From: Hemiscyllium ocellatum
Lineage: Eukaryota
NCBI RefSeq assembly: GCF_020745735.1
Contig: NC_083435.1
Coordinates: 42,842,498 to 42,906,497 of the forward strand
Reading direction: 5' to 3'
Length of the DNA: 64,000 nucleotides
The translations under genes were made by a program, and so were the position numbers. How positions within the stretch are numbered: position 1 is the stretch's first letter; every line of letters starts with the position of its first letter. Below, one piece after another: positions 12,134 through 23,639 of this stretch. Under the pieces are notes generated by a model. The model saw nothing but the letters and a program-made list of their open reading frames with translations, was not told where the DNA came from and ran no database searches.

Positions 12134-12540
12134 GGATAATATCCAACCCTTTAACAGAAGGGCACGTTGTTCATGGAACTGTTCAGAAATCAGCATTGGA
12201 ACTATTATTACTGAGGCCGTCCTTCAGGTTAATAACAAGGAAATTGTTCCTGACACTTATTTAGAAATCAACAGTGCGGCCGTTGTCACTGAGAATTTGT
12301 GAAAAATGCGATGGTTTATGCTAGTGAGACTTTCCATCGCGTCAACAGCATGCTTAATATTACTGAGATTGTTCATCACATCAACCCCAGGGCTACAGTG
12401 GATGATACAGTACATCACATCAACGTCAGGGATTATGTCATTCAGATTGGTCACCACCTCAGTACCAAGGATTTTCTGATGAAGAATGTTCGTCACATCA
12501 ATCACAAGCACCAATTTATCATTTTTCAGATTGTTGAAGA
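12134..12540 (+). repeat. Degenerate 39-nt tandem repeat block upstream of the GPCR promoter
   Basis: Units such as actgagattgttcatcacatcaaccccagggctacagtg; visible as 13-aa periodicity in ORF 12299..12562. Paralogous block at about 34210-34560; shorter blocks at about 10200-10320 and 32810-32945. Confidence 0.7.
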
Positions 12541-12735
12541 AAGACGTAAACATTTCAGATAATGCACAAGACTTAGTTATTGAATTTTTTTCACATATCC
12601 ATTAATGTGCATTTTCTCCTGAATGTGAATTGATAAAGCAATAGTGATGTGTCAACTCAATAGGTTCTCTCGCGTGTTACTAATAGTTCTGCTCACAGTG
12701 CAGAGCTGATGGTCTCAGTGGACAATCCTGTTTGT

Positions 12736-12743
12736 TATAAATA
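12736..12743 (+). promoter_or_regulatory. TATA box of intact GPCR gene
   Basis: TATAAATA about 80 nt upstream of ATG 12824; conserved at 34782-34789 in copy 3. Confidence 0.7.
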
Positions 12744-12823
12744 ATGCTCCCTCAGAGTAATTCTCTGTACATAGTGTGAAAGTACGTGTCAGGCAAGGCA
12801 GGCACTTATGTTGAGCACAAGCA

Positions 12824-12893
12824 ATGGGATACTCTGTAATTTACCAAATAGATCGGATTTATTACCCAATCCTTGCTGCCGTCAGTATTCCTG
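12824..12893 (+). CDS. GPR139-like class A GPCR (copy 2), coding exon 1: MGYSVIYQIDRIYYPILAAVSIP
   Basis: Kozak-like gcaATGG; 70 nt ending at a G|GTAAG donor (phase 1); joins exon 2 in frame; conserved in three copies. Confidence 0.9.
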
Positions 12894-13529
12894 GTAAGAG
12901 AATGATACAAAGTACTACACATTGAACGTACATGTGGGAATGTTTTATCATGAATTCCATATTTGGCAGTGTGAATCAATTGCAATATAATTGTGTTGTT
13001 TTCTTCATATAAGTTTTAATTTAAAAGTATCATGCTTCTAAATGTGAATCGAATGTTGAAGCAACATTGATATTGTTCAATCCTCATGCTCAGAGTTAAA
13101 AGAAATACTAGATGAGCAATCAATCAGTCCCTTTAATCTCCTCATGTTATATTTCTCATAAGCGCATTATTAGAAGTAACAAAGCTTTTACATTTATTTC
13201 GAGTTTATATGTGGCTTCTGTGCACAATTTTCTCTTTGTGCACGCTATTAATTTCAGCTTCTGAGAATCTGAATATCTGGGAAATTTTGAATCCTCTTGG
13301 CAAACTAGAAGTTCACTCCGTTCGGAAGTATAGATTTTTCCGATTTGAACATCGGATGCTGTACCTTGAACATCGTTTGAAGACACAGACGTACACCTGC
13401 AAGAAAGAAAAAAACGCGTGATATTGCAATTTTTATCAAGATGTTAGTGAATGCAGTAAGGTAAGATACATTGGATACTTCCTCAATGAGGCTATGTTGT
13501 TGAAACAAGAACAAAAACGTCAGCAATCA

Positions 13530-14500
13530 CATTGTTTCAGTACATTGTACATGTGTAAGCAGCCTGAACGAGATGGAAAGACAAGTATGGAAGGAAATTA
13601 ATAAGAAGTGTAAAAACGATGTACACTAAAATTTCCCCAATAATAAGTGGGAAAGGTAAAGTGTGAAAGGCTTAGAGGCGGTAGAATTCATGAAAGATGT
13701 TCAAGAGGGCTTCTTAAGTAAGCATGTACATAACCTGATAAATAATGGACAGTGCTGCGGAACGAAATCATGCAAATTATAGGGAGAGAAATGGAAATGA
13801 ACTTTGGTGATAGCAGGGCATTAAAAATTCCGATTTAAGGATCGTAAATGTTTCTCTGATAAAACATAACCTGCCAAACGTGGACTGGGAGCATATACAT
13901 ACATGAAAAATCCATTTGTGAGCATGGGAATGGAAAGTAAAAAAGTTGATATTGCGAGGACATGGCCAACGTGATCAGTAATGGTGAATGGTGAGGTAAA
14001 AAAAAAAGAAAGACGTCTCAAAATCCCTGGATGTCAAAGGATGTACAGTACTGCACAAGGCAAAATAAAGGAATATCGTGTCAGATGCAAAATGCTCAGA
14101 AGAGAGCAATCTGTCGAAGAGCACAGAAAGGCTTCCTTCATTTAAAATGTTCAGAATGAAGAGAGATCATGAAAAGAATACTGGTGGGTATTATTGAGGA
14201 AAATGTAAAACTACTATATGTTTCAGGTTTATAAAGGGCAACAGAGTAACCATGGAAATGGTCGGGCTCAAAATAAGAATTGCAGGGTCAGGTCAGGATG
14301 CCTTTCAGACTCTATCATAGTTTCAGACTTCCAGCAGCCACAGTTCCAGAAGTCATGTTTGAGGTTTTAAATCGTACTTTGCATCTATGTTCACTGTAGA
14401 GAAAAACGATACAGGTAGAGAAATCGTGGGGGGTGGGGGTGAACTATGATATAATTGAAGTAATTGACATTGTGAGAGAGAAGGTGTAACTGGTTTTACC
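13530..14500 (+). mobile_element. Decayed CR1 LINE ORF2 fragments in the GPCR intron
   Basis: Colinear similarity to the CR1 at 27438-28450 (e.g. gaattcatgaaagatgttcaagagggcttc; catctatgttcactgtagagaaa). Confidence 0.6.
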
Positions 14501-15158
14501 AGGCTTCGCTACCCAATACAGACTGTCAGCCAACATAGAGCTCGTGCACACTCCATGGTGCACCTGGAATTCATGACAGAATGACAGCGCACTCTCCAGT
14601 GCACAGACTGCCCCGCAAGGCAAGAATGCAGTCTCCAAGCTGAATGCTCTCCAATGACACAGTCCATGAGGCAAATGGTGTTGGGTTGGGGGGGTGGCGG
14701 GGTGGGGGGGCGTGGTTGGGGTGTGTGTGGGGGAGCGCAATATCAATGTTTCAAGAATAATTGCTTTTAGAATGGCAAAGTGCTGTCCTGATTTCACACA
14801 TGAAGGAGAACTTACACAACATTTTAGACTCCTGCATGTGGAAACCAGCAGTACACAGAATGAAGCAATTTCGAAAATATGTTTGCCAACGATTATGTGA
14901 CAACTGTTGTCCGTTTAAGACAACCAAATTCTTCAGGCATGTCAGAATTTTTTTATCAATCATCTTTGAGTCTGTTGATGTCATGACATTTATTCATAAT
15001 GATTGCATCTCATAAATTAGTTTCTGATACTGCACAGGATTATGAATCATGAATACGATTGTCTTAAAATTAACACTATTGAATTTCGAAGCACAAAGCA
15101 AATATTACCATATGATATGAGTAAATTTGTTAAGTATCCTACCTGCTGTTTCTTACAG

Positions 15159-16060
15159 TTAATCTGGTGGCAATTCTGATCCTGTCCCGAGGCAAGTGTG
15201 GTCTCTCCAAATGCATCACTAACTACCTGGTGGCTATGGCTGCAGCGGATCTCACAGTGGTTATCATCCACGTTATATTACATCGGATTAATAGCATGTA
15301 CTTACCAATTAGTTTCCTCCTTCTCACACCAGTATGCAAGTTGAATGTTGTTGCATACGTTGTAGCTGTCGATTGTTCAGTATGGTTCACTGTCACCTTC
15401 ACTTTTGACAGGTTTATAGCTATTTGCAGTCAGAAACTACGATCAAGATATTGCACTGCAAAAAGGTCAAAGGTGGTTATTACTTCTGTGTTTATGATCA
15501 GCTGTGTAAGGAGCATTCCATTTTACTTTATAGGTGAACCAACTTATATGATTGATAACGTGCCATGGCACTGCGTTGTAACAGATGATTATCTCACTTC
15601 CCCTTGGTGGAAGGCTTTCGAATGGATTGACAGCATCATAACGCCTCTTACACCAATCCTGTTAATTATCTTGTTCAATACTTTAACCGTGAGAAATATT
15701 ATTGTAGCTAATAGAATCCGCAAGGGTCTCCAGAGAACAACTGATAATCAGAATGATTCAGAGATGAAAAGTCGGAGAAAATCCATAATTTTACTTTTTA
15801 GTCTTTCTGCCAATTTCATACTCTTGTGGTTTGTGCATGTCATACATTCAATTAATTGGCCCGTGAAGAATTATTTTTACAAGGACAAATATTATAGCAA
15901 CCCGATTTACATTACACAGCAAGTTGGGTTCATGCTGCAGCTTCTCAGTTGCTGCACAAACACTTGCATTTATGGTCTGACTCAGAGTAAATTCAGAGAG
16001 GAGCTGAAAAATGGTGTGAAGTTTTTATTCACTCTCAATGGGAGACAATGTAAACGGTAG
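15159..16060 (+). CDS. GPR139-like (GPR139/GPR142 family) class A GPCR, coding exon 2; spliced product 323 aa
   Basis: Acceptor tttcttacag|TT at 15158/15159; open to TAG at 16060. TM motifs: YLVAMAAADL (TM2), TFDRFIAIC (TM3), SANFILLW (TM6), NTCIY (TM7), helix 8 SKFREEL; TM3/ECL2 cysteines present. Confidence 0.93.
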
Positions 16061-17754
16061 AAAAATAGAATCGACCTGGTTCAGAGGTTATAATTTTAAA
16101 TGTCATTTATAATTTTGAAACGTGTGCAGTCAGGTGAAAGTTAAGTAGAAGATTTATAGTAGTAAACAGCATCTTAGATAACTGGACATATGTAACCAAC
16201 TATGTTGGAGGGATGTTAAAATGCATAAATAGAAGGCTGAGCGTGTGCATGACATGAAACCAAAACCTAAGAATGCGTATGTTAATTCGAATATATCAAT
16301 ATTCATGTGAATCTGAAATTGAACATTTCAATGTTTATTTTCCAAATATATTTATGGGTGTTAGGACAAGGGCATGAACTAGCATATAGTAATTTCATTC
16401 ACATAAAGAAGCGATGATGCTGACCACTGTTACTAGATCCTTAAGCTCTATTCCATAGTACATTTCATGGCATGCAATTTGCTTCCTAAACTGCTCACCT
16501 CAGTAAAAACGATTAAAATTGCAGACAAAAGAAAACAGAAGACAATCAAATTCGAAGTAAACGATTATTTGCCTGTATTGACTTTATTGTCTCCTTTCAA
16601 AGAAAAGCATGGAGCTTGGATTCGCAGATTTGCACCCTTGCCAAGGCAGGCAGTCTGCGTACATCTGTTCTTACAATGGATGAGCTTGGAAATCTCAGTT
16701 TCAGAGTCCCTGTCCTCCACGTGAACATTTGTTGAGAATTATCTCAAAGTGTAACTATACCCCCTGCAATCCTTGTAACTTCCATTAATCTCTAAATATC
16801 CGTTCCCACTCATTTTATTCAAATATAAGACGTGAGAGAATATGATTGTCGATGAACATTTTATTCATTCTTTCATTTCCTTTTTAACACACAACTTTGT
16901 ACTTCTGTCAATTAAATCCAAGCCTACATGTGATATTGGATTTGACCCGAAATTATGTTAAGCAAACTTTCTGAAGCTTACCTTAATTTATTTTCGATTT
17001 TTATATGGTGTCTGAATGTTAAATTTTTGGCTTATAGTTCTTTTGAATTTGCTAATGAGATTAATTATGTGACACCAGCTCGATTTGAAAATTGGAACAG
17101 GTTTTCATTGTCGAGGGTATGCAAACCTGCCCTAATCCGTGATACCTCCACAAAAAGTGTCCCAATGTATTTTCATAACGTTTCAGTATCACTTCAGGAT
17201 CCTGAAGTGTTTATCTGATCCCTCTCTCGATTAATCTTGACACCTACAAAGCTTTATTCACATATGTTCTTATGTCACTTTTTTTAGGAACTATTAAAAC
17301 AATGTCATTTTGAGGGTATCCCTTTTAAGCTGAATTTTACAATGTCTGCATTCTGCTACCCGTGAGAGCAGTGGATTGAATAGTTTCAATAAGTTTTTAG
17401 ATGAAAGTTTTGCTAACATGAGAGCCAGCAGTTATGAGGAGTTGACAGGAATGTATACTCGATCTGACGAGACATATAAAACTGAAAGCCACCACGGCTC
17501 ACAGGAAAATAATTCTGCCCTATCAGTAGAGTATGTTTTCTGTTGGTGAATGTCAGCTTGCCACAGATGAGGGCTACATTTGAGAAGGATTGCATGACAA
17601 GAAAAAGAAAATCTATGCTGTTAGTATCACTCTGCATCACCACTCAGGTTTTCAGCCAACTGAACAGACTTGGCCTTGGACAAGGTCAACACGGATGGTC
17701 GTATGCACTGGCGTCTGGGGAAAGTATACCAGTCATGAAAATAACTCTGGGGGA

Positions 17755-18114
17755 TGGCAGACTAGACGGCGAATTTGCTGGGAGAGGCGGTGCAGACGAT
17801 AGTGATCACTGAAATCATAAATAGGGCAGTGCAGATAATGTTAATCAGTGGGATTTGGGAAGTTGTCGTGTAGTTGGGTCAAGTGAGGGCATGACAGGTG
17901 ATAGTGAATACTCGAACGCAGAAGAATGCAGTGCAGTCAGTGTTGAAAATGTTGCTGATTACTTGGAGAGGGCAATACAGATGGTGCTGATCACCACAGT
18001 GTGGGAACGTGTGGTAGAAATGGTACTGTTCACCAAAACCTGGAATAGAATGGTACAGATATTGCTGATGACCAGTGTTTGTCATATCGCACTTCGGATG
18101 GTTCTGATCTCCAA
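17755..18114 (+). repeat. Degenerate 39-bp minisatellite, left part
   Basis: Units cagatggtgctgatcaccacagtgtgggaacgtgtggta / gaaatggtactgttcaccaaaacctggaatagaatggta etc. Confidence 0.75.
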
Positions 18115-21100
18115 TGTTATGGAGCAGATCAAACGCTGTGAAAATACGTTAAGAAGACAACCTCGATATTCCCTCTTTCCTATTTTGAGGGTAAACACGA
18201 AGTGATGCATCCCAGATGCAATTAAATTAGTCAAATTACTCAATGTTAAGAAAATCAGAGTTTATTCATCCACTATATTTATTTCATTATAAACAAAGAA
18301 AAAAAATCACTAAGTTGCAACTATATCGAAATATTTGACAAAATAATACATCTAGTAACTATTACTAATTAACTGTGCTAATATAGTAACATCCCATAAA
18401 CACAATCTTAACAACAGAAACACAGACTGTCTCATATGGAACTCCAGAAGCAAGAAGGGTAACCTCAGCAGTCAATTTTAACCAAGACAGGGAATAGACA
18501 ACTTCCACTTCTTCCATACCCTTGAGTCAATTGCTGCTCTTAAAAAAACCCTTAAAACTTTGATTCTCTGACAGCTTGACCACACTCACTGAGGCTGCGT
18601 CTATTATTCCAATTTAAAAAAAAGTCCTCACAAGCTATATACTCTAATGGCTCTGTGGATATTACTCAGAACCTCTTGTCTTTGGACCTTCCTTAAGAAT
18701 AAAAGGCAAAATATACCTCTTAATGCCATTACATAGTCATGTCTTTCCCACCTTCAAAACCCTATCAATAAACAAAGGTAGCTTCTTTTTGAAAATCCTT
18801 CAGTATTATGTCATTATCACGTTGCAATACAAGCACATTACATTTACTCTAAGCTTGCAATCATTCAGCAGTCCACTTCAGGCTATTCTTTTCCTCCCAT
18901 CGAACACTTCCTACCTTCTTCATCACAGTTTAGACAACGGGTTGATAATTACACTCGTTAATTTTGCAGCTGGCACAATTTGCAAATCGATTGGCTGTAA
19001 TGACAGCTGCATCTAAACAGCCTGGAATTCTTGTCCTGAAATATCTCCGAAAACTTTTTGGAGATATTTAAGGACAACGATTATGATCAGTTTATGCAAT
19101 TGTGTCAGACACATTACTTACAACATAAAATGGCCCAATGCCAAGACCAATCTCAAGGTCTCCTTCTCAATCTTGGAAAATTTCTGTAGATGTCTATTCA
19201 ATTTTCTGGGATTAATAAATATTTCCATCTTCTCATTGTCTTCTTGCAAGAGTATAATACCAACAGCCATATCACGCACGTTAATAGCCACCTTGAATCT
19301 GTTTGCGTAGTTAGGAGTGGCGAATACTGGGACAATGGTTAACACAGCCTTCATGTTGTCAAGTGCCTTCTGACATCTTCCGTTCACTGAAACTTTCTGC
19401 ACCTCTGCAATGCGTCAGTCTGTAGAGAAATTACATTGCAAAAATTTGGTACTAAATACTGGCAATAAAAACTGAATCCCAGGAATTATAATACTTTCTT
19501 TACGACAATATCACAGAATACTCCTCAGTAATCTGTGTTTCCACATCACGTAGGACCATCTGTCCATGTGCAAGGACATGGCCCAGGTACATGACTTTGT
19601 TTTTTGTGAACTCACTCTTAACCACGTTTACCACAATGGCTGTCCTGTAAAGAATGATTGATCAATTCTGGAAGATGCTGCAAATGTCCCTTCCAAAAGT
19701 AATCAGGTCGTCGATGTACACGACACAATTGGGTAATCCGTGAATGACTTTATTAGTTTGTCGTTGAAATGTGGCTGGCGCAGTTCTTATGGCACACTGT
19801 AGGACTTGAATCGAGTACAATCCATTCAGTGTCACGAAATCCGAAATTTTCTTTATTCTTACAGATAAAGTTACCTGCCAGTATCTGAGTAAGTCGAACA
19901 TACAAATATACGTTGCTTGTCCCAGCTTCACAACACAGTGTTCTGAATGTGGAATAGCATATGAATCTGATTGGCAATGGTATTGCCGTTGTGATAGTCC
20001 AAGCATAATCTTTATGTGCGCCATTTAATTTTCACACCATGGCTCTGTGTGAACTGCGGTCACTGCAATTCACTCTGATTCACGTTGATTCAACCTCCTT
20101 TGGAACCTGAGCAAACTTTGTCGAATTAAGTAAATAAGGATGTTGCTTAATTGAAGCAGCATTTCCTATTCATTCATCGTGCATAATTAGCCTATTCCTC
20201 GGCTAATTCTCACAAATCTCCCCATCTGATTGCAATAACTCTTTCAGGTCACTTGAGTTTTCGTCTGGAAGGTAGCTCTATAATTTATCCAAATCTTTGT
20301 GAACTTCCTCATTTTCCAATTTAATTTGAGGAATGTGTAAATCGGAATTACCTGAACTTGGTTCTTCACTTTAACCAGTAACACATTCTCCATTTGCTTT
20401 CCTTCACTATGACAATAACCTTTGAGCACTGATGTGCTGTAAGATGTCTTTCTACCCATTGTTCTTATTAAATATTTTACCTCACTCAATTTCCTTTCGA
20501 TTTGATGAGGCCCAGTAAACCTTGCTTTGAACGGTTCTCCTGCCATTAATAGTAACACAAATATTTTCTCTCCACGAGCAAAATTGCTAACGTTTGATAT
20601 GTTGTCTGTTTCGTGTTCCATCAACATTCAAATACTGTCTAGCCAACTCACCCGCTTTGTTTAATCTTTCCCTAAAGTTTGATACATGTTCCAAATACGT
20701 GATCTCTGAACTCTGACTCACTAATTTCTCTTAATTAATTTCTGTGATTCTCTCATCTCATGCCCAAACATTAATTCAAATGGACTGAATTGGGTAGATT
20801 CATTTGGTGCATCTTTCATTACAAAACGAGCAAATAAAAATTCATTGTTCCAATCCTCTAAACTTTAAGTCAACTACATGGTCTTTTAAATTTGATCCCA
20901 CCATCCTGATGCTCCCTGTGATTCTGGATGCCATGCAGCGGATTTAAACTGTTTCTTTCCGAAGCAATCTATAACATCCTTGAATAACGTTGGCGCCAAA
21001 TTGGAGCTGAATCCGATTGTACCTCTGGGTATTGCGTAACTAGTAAGAAAATTGAGTAACTCCTCTGCAGTTCTGTGATAAATACATCAATTATAGACAG

Positions 21101-22975
21101 TACATACCGATCCCACTTTTTTGTTTTAGTTTGGGTCATGCATAGTCAATTAAAACCCTTGTAATTGGTTGTTTCAATGTGGAAATGGGTATTAAAGGTG
21201 CTGGTTTCATTGCTGCCTCAGGTTTTCCAATTACCTGACATGTAAGAAATGACTGGCAAAAGTCGACTACAGCCTTATGCAGTCCAGGTGAATAAAAACG
21301 TTTTTACATTCTGGTTTCAGTTTTGTTGGTAATTCGTGTGCTACCAGGAACACTTCATGACTACCATTGATTATACAACATGTTAACGTTCTGCCCATTT
21401 CTCATCCACCCATCAAGACCATATTATTAAAATAGTTACATTATATGATACGGTGAGATTTTTTCTCTCTACACATTTTGATACAACTGCTTTAGCTTTC
21501 CATCTTTCTGTTGTAATTAAGTTGATATCTCTGAGTTTATAAAATGCATTATATCCTCCACGTGTTCTTGTCTTTTTCTGAACCATTCGATCAAATATGG
21601 TGTCTGAAAAATGAACTTCAAATTCTTTCCCTTTAATACAATCATAGAGTCATGGAGATGTACAGCATGGAAACAGAGTCTTCGGTCTAACTCATCTATG
21701 CTGATCAGATATCCCAACCCAATCTAGTTCCACCTGCCAGCACCCGGCCCACATGCCTCCAAACCCTTCCTGTTCATATACCCGTCCAAATACCTTTCAA
21801 ATGTTGCAATTTTACCAGCCACCACCCCTTTCTCTGGCAGCTCATTGTATACATGTACCACCTGCTGAGTGAAAAACGTTGCACCTTAGGTCTATATTAT
21901 GTCTTTCCTCTCTTACCCTAAACTAATGCCCTCTAGTTCTGGATTCCCTGACCCCAAGGATATCCTATCCATGCCGCTCATGACTTTGTAAACATCTATA
22001 AGGTCACCCCTCAACCTCTGACACTCTAGTCTGTTCAGCCTTTCCGTATGTAAAATTTCTCCTCCTGCTTCAAACTGTGGATTTATAACCTTGATACCAC
22101 ACAGTCAAGAAAAATCAAAGGATAGGCATCATTATTTTCCACTGGATGTTTATTCACATTTTCCACAGGCCTCTCAACCACAGTTTGCATCATTTCCACC
22201 TGTCTTCCAGTTATACCATTCCAACGATCAACTGCGTTTTTGGAACCGTGAAATTCTCTATCACTCGTCGAAATACCGCTCTACTTTTCATTGAACTCTC
22301 CAAATTTACTTTTCTCAGCGATCACTGCGCTTCTCACCATGAATTCTCTGGCAATACTACATCCGAATTATTGATGTCCTCATCTCTCATTATCAGAGAC
22401 TAACTTACTTCCACAGCTCATAAAATGTTAATTACACTATCTGCTTTCCAGATGCAATTCGATTTGTCAAATTACTCGATGTTCATTAAAACACATTTTT
22501 TTTTTCATGGACAATAGTCAAATTACAACAAAAGACGAAATAAGATTGTCTTAGATGCAACTGCATTGAAATGCTTAACGAAATAATAGTTACACTCACT
22601 ATTGCTAACTTCTGTTCCACTAAAGTAAAATTCCATAAACAATGCCTTGGCAATAGGCAAATTCAGAGAAAACAGATTGTCTCAAATGCAACTGCGAAAG
22701 CAAGAAGCTGATCTGCCGGTTTTAACCAAAACAAATAGAAGGAAACAAGACGATATCAGCAACTGGTATTGAAAAACTGAGAAATTGAAAATCCTGTTTC
22801 TGCGGGAGCTTGACCATACTCACTCAGCCTGCTTCTATTGTTCCAGCTTGATAAAAAGAACTCAAGGTCTCACGATTCAAGCAAGGTTCTGGGAAGAGTG
22901 CTCAGTACCTCTGCCTTAGGTCTCTCTTCAAACAAATAAAGGACAAATAAGTCTCTCAAAATCGTTGTATCATCA
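18115..22975 (-). mobile_element. Decayed Ty3/Gypsy LTR retrotransposon, Gmr1-like domain order (INT-RT-RH)
   Basis: Diverged direct LTRs at about 18115-18739 and 22446-22975; RNase H ORF 19118..19402, RT ORF 19662..20024 (APATFQR, YIDD), integrase C-terminus 20244..20627 (ARFTGPHQI), integrase Zn-finger region about 21200-21350; pyrimidine tract next to the left LTR (PPT on - strand). Confidence 0.85.
21642..22046 (-). mobile_element. CR1 LINE 3' end nested in the Gypsy element
   Basis: Reverse complement of the CR1 3' end seen at 29900-30300, with the tcatagagtcat tail. Confidence 0.85.
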
Positions 22976-22989
22976 TGGAGAAATCAAAG

Positions 22990-23630
22990 AGAATGTAGTG
23001 CAGATGGTGCTGATCAATAGGGTCTGGGTCAGATTGGTACAGAACGCATTGATTACCGGGGTCTGCAATAAGGTGATGTAGATAGTGTTGATCACTGGGC
23101 AATGTGCTAGTTTTGTACAGACTGTGCTGGTCTGAGTGAGAATGGTGCAGATTGTGCTTGCTCTCTGGGTCCTGGGTTATGAGAGTGCAGGCTGTACTGA
23201 TTACTGGGGGCTGAGTGAGGGTGTTGCAGGTAGTTCATGACACTGCGAGAATAGCAAGGATAATGCAGATTGTGCTGGTTCTCTCAGGTCTAGAGTGTGC
23301 TTCAGACTGTAGTGATTATCATCGTCTGGGCGAGAGTCGTGTGGACTGTGCTGATCAATGGAATTTGAAGGCGGGTGGTGCAGAATGTGCTAGTTACCAG
23401 GATCTTGGTGAGTTTTGTTCAAATGATGCTGATTGTCAGGACTTTGAGAATGTTGAGATGATGGCGATAAGAACTTGGAATGGTCAATGTCGATGGTGTT
23501 CTCCACTTTGGCCCCGGAATGCACAGTGTAGACATTGCTGATCACTTGCTCCAGAGAGGGAAGTGCAGGTGTTACTAATCACATCAATACAGAGAGGTCG
23601 GTGCTGATGACACTGATCACCAGGAGAGTC
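22990..23630 (+). repeat. Degenerate 39-bp minisatellite, right part
   Basis: Roughly 15 units of cagatNgtgctgatcact.gggtctgggtgag..tggtg type; same unit as 17755-18114. Confidence 0.8.
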
Positions 23631-23639
23631 ACCACATAG

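Noticed and set aside
15159-16060. Assigning the symbol GPR139
   Set aside because: Multiple tandem paralogs and divergent motifs indicate a family expansion; orthology cannot be established without a phylogeny.
17755-23630. 39-bp periodic arrays as CRISPR
   Set aside because: Eukaryotic context, degenerate units without constant repeat plus unique spacer structure, no cas genes.
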